Virus record (IMG/VR): IMGVR_UViG_3300026191_000001
Coordinates: 1 to 64,000 of that record
Origin: an uncultured virus (IMG/VR IMGVR_UViG_3300026191_000001)
Taxonomy: Duplodnaviria > Heunggongvirae > Uroviricota > Caudoviricetes
Strand: one strand, 5' to 3'
DNA length: 64,000 nt
The notes beneath the pieces were generated by a model, which saw only the letters and a list, made by a program, of their open reading frames with translations, made no database searches and had not been told where the DNA came from. Positions 58,985 through 64,000 of the stretch are shown here, piece after piece; position 1 is the stretch's first letter; the number at the start of each line of letters is the position of its first letter. Both the position numbers and the translations under genes were made by a program.

Positions 58985-59416
58985 ATGAAAATGATCTTAG
59001 CTAAAACCACTAAAAATTTTATGCTAATGACGCGTTTCGGAATTATTGAAGCGTTCCGCCCTTCGGTAATTGGCCATTGCACGGAAGTGGACCAGTTTGT
59101 TTCACAGCAGCAAATAAAGGTGCTGGATAACGACTTGCCAGATAACGCCACGGATGAAGAGTTCAAAAAGTTCTTTGACGATCACGATGGTGACTGGGAA
59201 ACCGCACTGGAAAATTTCAAGCTGAGTCTTGAAGGTATTGAAGAGAGTAAGGAAGACTCTGGCGAAGGTGATAAGGAAGACTCTGGCGAAGGTGATAAGG
59301 AAGACTCTGGCGAAGGTGATAAGGAAGACTCTGGCGAAGGTGATAAGGAAGACTCACCAGAACCAGCACCAACCCCTAAGAAAACCACGACTCGCACGAC
59401 TAAAGCGAAGTCTTAA
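58985..59416 (+). CDS. Hypothetical protein with acidic repeats
   Basis: (KEDSGEGD)x4. Confidence 0.7.
   Translation: MKMILAKTTKNFMLMTRFGIIEAFRPSVIGHCTEVDQFVSQQQIKVLDNDLPDNATDEEFKKFFDDHDGDWETALENFKLSLEGIEESKEDSGEGDKEDSGEGDKEDSGEGDKEDSGEGDKEDSPEPAPTPKKTTTRTTKAKS
59248..59355 (+). repeat. 24-bp perfect tandem repeat, 4.5 copies
   Basis: TAAGGAAGACTCTGGCGAAGGTGA. Confidence 0.95.
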
Positions 59417-59425
59417 GGAACAACC

Positions 59426-60112
59426 ATGTTAAGCGTCCCAAATAACGAAATGTTAATGCTGACCGAGTTTCAAATAGGTGACTACACCTATTTGCCGGAC
59501 TTTGGGACCGTAAGTGTCTCCCTCAAGGACCAAGAGGGCGTTGAGGTACATTCGGTGGATGTACCTTTTGATGCTGATTACAGCATCCCTCAAGATATCC
59601 TGAAAGTCAGCAGCAGTGATATCTTGAGCTTTTTTAAGTTGACGGTTAAGTTCACTAGCGAAAATCGCCAACGTATTTATACGGATATTGTTCGGGTTCA
59701 TATGGATTTTATGTTTACATCCACACCTTCTAATCTAAGGACCCTTATCGGGCTATACGAAGAAGAACTCCATGATAGTGAGATTGATTTTATTTACTCG
59801 TTCAATGAGCTGGTAAATGAACTTGGCCAAGGCCTACTTGAAGATACAAACGCTCGTATCAACAAGTTAATTTTGCTACATGAAGCTGTGCGCCACCTTC
59901 CTGCGTTAGGACTGAAAACGCTAAAGTCTAATGAAATTGACGACACTAAGAAGTCTCGACTATCAAATATTGATATAAAAGCCGTGCAGGACTCTATTAC
60001 CTCTCAGTACTGGGCTCACAAATTAACGTTTGAGTCCGTGGCTGAATTCCCTCAAGCCCCACTACTTGAGTTTGTGAGCCGAACCGACCCATTCACAGGT
60101 GAGGACGCATGA
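59426..60112 (+). CDS. Putative head-tail adaptor
   Basis: Position after the capsid gene. Confidence 0.5.
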   Translation: MLSVPNNEMLMLTEFQIGDYTYLPDFGTVSVSLKDQEGVEVHSVDVPFDADYSIPQDILKVSSSDILSFFKLTVKFTSENRQRIYTDIVRVHMDFMFTSTPSNLRTLIGLYEEELHDSEIDFIYSFNELVNELGQGLLEDTNARINKLILLHEAVRHLPALGLKTLKSNEIDDTKKSRLSNIDIKAVQDSITSQYWAHKLTFESVAEFPQAPLLEFVSRTDPFTGEDA

Positions 60113-60591
60113 ATATCTTCACCCGATATACTTCGGGGAATCTTAATTTGGTTGCACGTACTACGCAGCCGAATGAGAGTTTTAGAAGTCTGGTACCCGT
60201 TAGGTCCTTGGTGCATATACCAAAGCGCTTCAGGGTTAAAGCAGGGGATATTATTCGTAAGAATGAACACACAGCCTTCCTACTGGCCGAACACCATGCC
60301 TACGGCCTAAATAACGTTTTCCTTGGATTGGCTATTAACGCTGAGGTTAATGTTACCTATTCTATTCGCGTCCGCCATCCTGTAACGGGGTTGGAGACCA
60401 ATGGCTTTAGTACTGAAAGTGAAACCCTTTCCTGTGTACAGGAAATTGAAACCCCCACTGAGGTAAAAGGTCTTACGGTCTCACAGGAGGTCTTTTACTT
60501 TGGTTCTAAAATCCCCAAGGATGCCAAGATAAATGGCCGAACCGTAACTAAGGTTATGCCTGTTTCAGGAATTTACCGCGTAGAGGTGTAG
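60109..60591 (+). CDS. Putative head closure protein
   Basis: Synteny. Confidence 0.45.
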   Translation: MNIFTRYTSGNLNLVARTTQPNESFRSLVPVRSLVHIPKRFRVKAGDIIRKNEHTAFLLAEHHAYGLNNVFLGLAINAEVNVTYSIRVRHPVTGLETNGFSTESETLSCVQEIETPTEVKGLTVSQEVFYFGSKIPKDAKINGRTVTKVMPVSGIYRVEV

Positions 60592-60594
60592 GCC

Positions 60595-61503
60595 GTGTCG
60601 GTTACCGCTGATTTTCAAGCCCAGTTCGAAGCTCTAGTTACAGGTTTAACCGAAGGGGAAACCGCTTTTGTTCGAAGTGAGATAGAGTCGGCCACCGTTG
60701 CTTTTCTGAATAATGTTTTTACTTCTCTTGCTGCAATGATAAGCGCTATGTCGAAGGAGGCGGAGGTAATTGGCTACGCGCCGAATGCTTTTGGCTATGA
60801 GGGAACAAGTAAACGAATAACCTCACGATGGCAAATTCGCAAAAATATAGGCCTAGGTAAGAAGCCTTTAACTCAAGAGCCGATGTTGTTTAGGGGGCTC
60901 AGTGAGAAAAAAGGTAAGACTTCTCTAGTTCAGTTGCTAAGACGATTAGGCAGCAATAATGATGTTGGTGCAAAGCTTTATACGGGACTGGGGGGGCTTT
61001 CTTTGTCTCCGGTTGCTACGGGTTCCTCCGCTTTAAAGCCTGGGCTCAAGTTTTCAAAATGGGCGGGTAAAGCTTATAACCCTAGAACCCGAGAGTATGT
61101 GGCGTGGAAAGATGCCGTGATCCCTGCGGTAAATCATTACTTAAGACAAGGCGCGGTTAGAACCAATACAGGTGCAAGATTAGGTCCCAACTCTAGAGTC
61201 TCGGTTGAAGGAAGACGAGGCCAGATATCCGTACAACGTGCCTTGGTCGAGGGGTTGGCCAGTGCAGGTATCAACGTGAGTTTTCTATCTAAACTCAACA
61301 GCTTTCTAGGTGCTAAATCGGACTTTGATGAACTGGCCGATATACTTGAAACGTTAGGCTTAATTGACCAAAAGGAACGAAACAAGATAGGTAATTTGCA
61401 TAAGTACAAGCATGCTATTTTGTTACCTTACTTTGGCGCCTTACTTTCTAGTACAGGAAAAAATTCTTTAACCTCTTACCTACAACGAGAAGGTGTCCTT
61501 TAA
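60595..61503 (+). CDS. Putative neck/tail completion protein
   Basis: Synteny; basic. Confidence 0.4.
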   Translation: MSVTADFQAQFEALVTGLTEGETAFVRSEIESATVAFLNNVFTSLAAMISAMSKEAEVIGYAPNAFGYEGTSKRITSRWQIRKNIGLGKKPLTQEPMLFRGLSEKKGKTSLVQLLRRLGSNNDVGAKLYTGLGGLSLSPVATGSSALKPGLKFSKWAGKAYNPRTREYVAWKDAVIPAVNHYLRQGAVRTNTGARLGPNSRVSVEGRRGQISVQRALVEGLASAGINVSFLSKLNSFLGAKSDFDELADILETLGLIDQKERNKIGNLHKYKHAILLPYFGALLSSTGKNSLTSYLQREGVL

Positions 61504-61962
61504 ATGGCCCAGTATATAAATATCCAAGCCTCTCTACTTCGCTTCTGCAGTGATAATGCAAAGCTATTGCGTGCGCTTGTCGGAACTGAATTTAAGAGCC
61601 TCAACCTCGATGCCTTTTCCAATGAAGATGAGTTACCAGAAGGGGACTTTATTGGTATTGAGGATTTAGCAGTACAGTCGGGCACGGACGATATTCCGCT
61701 AGACACGCTTTCTGCGGCAGTAACAATTAGCACGGTATCTGACAGTAACAATATGCGACTAACCAAAGTCGTAGATCATATTTTTGAGTGTTTAAGGCCA
61801 ACGAAAACCTTTACGCTTTTTGATGAAACTACAGGGGCTAGAAGGGGAAATATTACGTGTATGAATATGACCCAGATTCTTCCAGTTCAAGACGGAAAAA
61901 ATTCTCGGGTTATTCAGTCGATAATTTTTCAAGCCTCAGCTTTAGATGAATCGACAAAATGA
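61504..61962 (+). CDS. Putative tail terminator
   Basis: About 150 aa, acidic, before the tail tube gene. Confidence 0.5.
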   Translation: MAQYINIQASLLRFCSDNAKLLRALVGTEFKSLNLDAFSNEDELPEGDFIGIEDLAVQSGTDDIPLDTLSAAVTISTVSDSNNMRLTKVVDHIFECLRPTKTFTLFDETTGARRGNITCMNMTQILPVQDGKNSRVIQSIIFQASALDESTK

Positions 61963-62270
61963 GTAAGTCCTAAGTCCTTCAAGCTTGCGCAAACAGCGAT
62001 TTGAAAAGCTTGTTGACGGGTGTATAGTGTTCGTTGGCAGTACTGATCAAGACGATTCAAAACTTTTTTGGGTAGTCTTAAGGTAAAGCTTTTTGATGAT
62101 GCCGACTTAGGAACAACACGCATATCGATTGGACTTAAGTTATTGTGTAAAAAGTGGTCTAATAAGACGCGCAACTTGTCCGCATCCGATTCACCTTCAA
62201 TAGGTGCTCTGGCTGCGGTCACAAAAATGTTCGTGGGTGTGATGATTGAAATTGGTGTAAGTTTTGCCAT
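61929..62270 (-). CDS. Ribbon-helix-helix DNA-binding protein, antisense to the late operon
   Basis: GGAGGA RBS; SFTLRLPKKVLNRLDQYC..TRQQAFQIAV. Confidence 0.65.
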   Translation of the reverse strand: MAKLTPISIITPTNIFVTAARAPIEGESDADKLRVLLDHFLHNNLSPIDMRVVPKSASSKSFTLRLPKKVLNRLDQYCQRTLYTRQQAFQIAVCASLKDLGLTHFVDSSKAEA

Positions 62271-62325
62271 GTTTCATCCTCCTTCAGCAAGGTATCAATA
62301 ATAACCTAAAATTTGGAGATTGACG

Positions 62326-63156
62326 ATGGCTGGTGAAGCTAAAACAACTGATTTTATGTTGGGTACTGCCACTGTAATGATTGGTAACCCAGAAGACCTC
62401 TATAAACTAAACCCAGAACAACATTCTGTGGGCCTAGTTAAGAATTTCACAATCGAAGCAACCAAGGAACGTTCTGACCTTACCCAAGGCCGAACTAACG
62501 ATGTTGTTTTCACACTAACAACCGGTGCCACGACTCGAGGCACATTCGAAATGTACGAATACACTGAAAAGAACCTTGCTTACGCGTTGGGTCTAGACGG
62601 TGGGGAGTTGGTATCTCCTGAAGGTGATGCTCACGTAGTTAAGACTGCAGCTTCTTTCTCATCCGGTGCGGTATCCCTAGAACTCAATGATGGTACAGGA
62701 CAGGATATTAAGGTAGGTAGCTGGGTTAGTGTTCGCGACCCTATCTCAGAAAATATTGTTTTAGGTACCGTAACAAATGTTTCAGGGCTTACAACGGGTA
62801 CGGCAGAAACCGCTACTATAGAAGTAGAAGTACCTGACAGCACTATGGCTTGGGAAGTTCCGGCTGGCGCATATGTATCCCTAGTAACGGTACTTGATGT
62901 GGGCTCAACGGATGTTGACCGAGACTTTGCCGCTAAGGTTCAAGGCCAGCTAGCTAACGGTAAGTGGATCACACTTCTTATTCCTAAGATGCGTGTTTCT
63001 TCAGGTCTTACTATGGCATTTGGTACCGACAACTTCGGTAATACACCATTTGAGTTTACGCCACTTAAAGTTACACCTTCCGATACTTACTATGCACCTT
63101 TCAAAGGTACCTCTGGTAAGTTGGTTCATGACTCAGTACAAAGCGCATTGTCGTAA
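62326..63156 (+). CDS. Major tail tube protein
   Basis: Position, start motif, terminator; FGNTPFEFTP. Confidence 0.75.
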   Translation: MAGEAKTTDFMLGTATVMIGNPEDLYKLNPEQHSVGLVKNFTIEATKERSDLTQGRTNDVVFTLTTGATTRGTFEMYEYTEKNLAYALGLDGGELVSPEGDAHVVKTAASFSSGAVSLELNDGTGQDIKVGSWVSVRDPISENIVLGTVTNVSGLTTGTAETATIEVEVPDSTMAWEVPAGAYVSLVTVLDVGSTDVDRDFAAKVQGQLANGKWITLLIPKMRVSSGLTMAFGTDNFGNTPFEFTPLKVTPSDTYYAPFKGTSGKLVHDSVQSALS

Positions 63157-63181
63157 AAACCCTGGGTTTAAAAACTGTTTA

Positions 63182-63206
63182 GAAGGCCTCTTCGGAGGCC
63201 TTTTTT
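63182..63206 (+). terminator. Intrinsic terminator
   Basis: AAGGCCTC-TTCG-GAGGCCTTTTTT. Confidence 0.85.
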
Positions 63207-63219
63207 AAGGAAATTGACG

Positions 63220-63567
63220 ATGAGTGATAACCCTTCTGTAACCTTTAACATCAGCGTTAACGGCGAAGATAAAGAAGTTTTCATGAGTTTTGCGCTACTC
63301 AATACCATCACAGGGTACTTTAGAAATGCGGAAGAACTCGAACAAATCCTCTTAAATTCCGACGTTCGAGCGAGTGTAATTACTGAACTCCTATCTGAAA
63401 GAAATGAGACGGGCCGAATAACCCAGAATTTCGATATTAATACAATGAAGGCAGACCCAGACCAAATACTGGACTTGCTGGAATGGGTATCGGAGCACGT
63501 TGAGACTTTTTTTATGAAGGCTCTACAAAGAGCCAAGCAACGAATGAAGAAGAAGCAGACCACTTAG
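63220..63567 (+). CDS. Tail assembly chaperone (gpG-like)
   Basis: Between tail tube and tape measure; contains slippery T-TTT-TTT at 63507-63513. Confidence 0.75.
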   Translation: MSDNPSVTFNISVNGEDKEVFMSFALLNTITGYFRNAEELEQILLNSDVRASVITELLSERNETGRITQNFDINTMKADPDQILDLLEWVSEHVETFFMKALQRAKQRMKKKQTT

Positions 63568-63878
63568 AAGTCTTCAATTCTTGGTACCTAAAACTGTCGT
63601 TTGAAGAGCAGTTGTGTTTTGTTTTCGAAACGGTACCCAGCCAGCTACAGAAGATATTTTGGTCACATAGTAACCAAGATATCAAAGTTAAAACCAAGCT
63701 AACACTTGGATTAAAGACTGTCACAATGACCCAAGAGTATGTGACGTTATTGAATGCCGCAGGGACTATCTTCGGTAAAAAAGAAAGTGGTTCAGGCAAG
63801 CCCAGACGTAAAACTACGAGCACGGTACCAAAAGATGAAATAGAAGCTGAGGCCCGAGCAAGAGCCGTTTTTGGGTAA
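63510..63878 (+). CDS. -1 frameshift extension of the tail chaperone (gpGT-like)
   Basis: -1 frame is open from the slippery site to the stop at 63878. Confidence 0.65.
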   Translation, partial: FYEGSTKSQATNEEEADHLEVFNSWYLKLSFEEQLCFVFETVPSQLQKIFWSHSNQDIKVKTKLTLGLKTVTMTQEYVTLLNAAGTIFGKKESGSGKPRRKTTSTVPKDEIEAEARARAVFG

Positions 63879-63897
63879 CAATTAGGGGAAATTGACG

Positions 63898-64000
63898 ATG
63901 GCCGGCAGCAATGCATCCAATACAATTAGAAATACCTTACTTAATTTTACCGTCGATCCTAAATCCAAAAAGGTAATCGAGGAACTAACTCGCGAGTTTG
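63898..64000 (+). CDS. Probable tape measure protein, 5' end only
   Basis: Start motif ATG; follows the chaperone pair; runs off the window. Confidence 0.6.
   Translation, partial: MAGSNASNTIRNTLLNFTVDPKSKKVIEELTREF

Larger units (their letters stand above)
3395..63900. promoter_or_regulatory. Dispersed start-associated motif GGA(A/G)ATTGACGAT(G), about 45 copies
   Basis: Examples, minus strand: 6845, 10161, 10677, 11474, 15604, 16263, 20694, 21593, 25843, 26985, 29984, 32375, 34851, 35259, 35895, 38151, 39087, 39421, 40575, 41528, 42677, 43864, 46308, 47203, 52668. Plus strand: 54572, 56108, 57721, 62315, 63209, 63887. Confidence 0.95.

Noticed and set aside
9138..63567. ORF-track N-termini MTM/MTI/MEIDD as a shared peptide tag
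   Set aside because: Artefact of TTG codons within or just upstream of the DNA motif; the GGA-to-ATG spacing supports the downstream ATG.
3395..63900. TTGACG in the motif as a sigma70 -35 box
   Set aside because: It abuts the start codon, so any -10 would fall inside coding sequence, and none is conserved there.
3395..63900. Motif as an extended 16S rRNA-pairing element (resembles 16S GAAUUGACGG near 915-925 and the 5' end AAAUUGAAGA)
   Set aside because: The similarity is same-sense, so it cannot base-pair, and 8-9 nt matches may be chance. Mimicry is not supportable from sequence alone.
858..63925. Numerous short opposite-strand or alternate-frame ORFs in the track
   Set aside because: They overlap well-supported genes and have no RBS, start motif or domain signal.

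Overview
The window is about 64 kb of one temperate, long-tailed dsDNA phage. It most likely infects a gammaproteobacterium (RdgC, a tmRNA-type att core and a sigma54-type promoter point that way). It appears in excised form, because phage genes flank an intact attP. Gene order: tail/receptor-binding and lysis genes (1-5.2 kb, +); attP, integrase and xis; a long minus-strand replication/recombination arm (SbcCD-like pair, resolvase, ProQ/FinO protein, primase/origin-binding helicase, PolA, RdgC, 5'-3' exonuclease, SNF2 helicase, ligase); a control island at 32.4-34 kb; a minus-strand accessory arm (34-49 kb) with an iteron-type origin; a probable genome-end region near 49.05 kb; a D5-type primase-helicase; then head and tail genes (+) into the start of the tape measure gene. 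Two candidate novel systems stand out. (1) An HTH regulator and a ~6-TM membrane protein converge on an unannotated 50-aa Sec-secreted peptide that has a sigma54-type promoter, an arbitrium-like or envelope-signalling architecture in a Gram-negative phage. (2) About 45 strand-oriented copies of GGAAATTGACGAT(G) sit at gene starts, alongside an orphan copy in a ~200-nt candidate sRNA and a phage-encoded ProQ/FinO RNA chaperone. All calls come from reading the sequence by eye; no searches were run and counts are manual. Many ORF-track starts reading 'MTM...' are artefacts of the TTG inside the motif, so starts were moved to the motif ATG.
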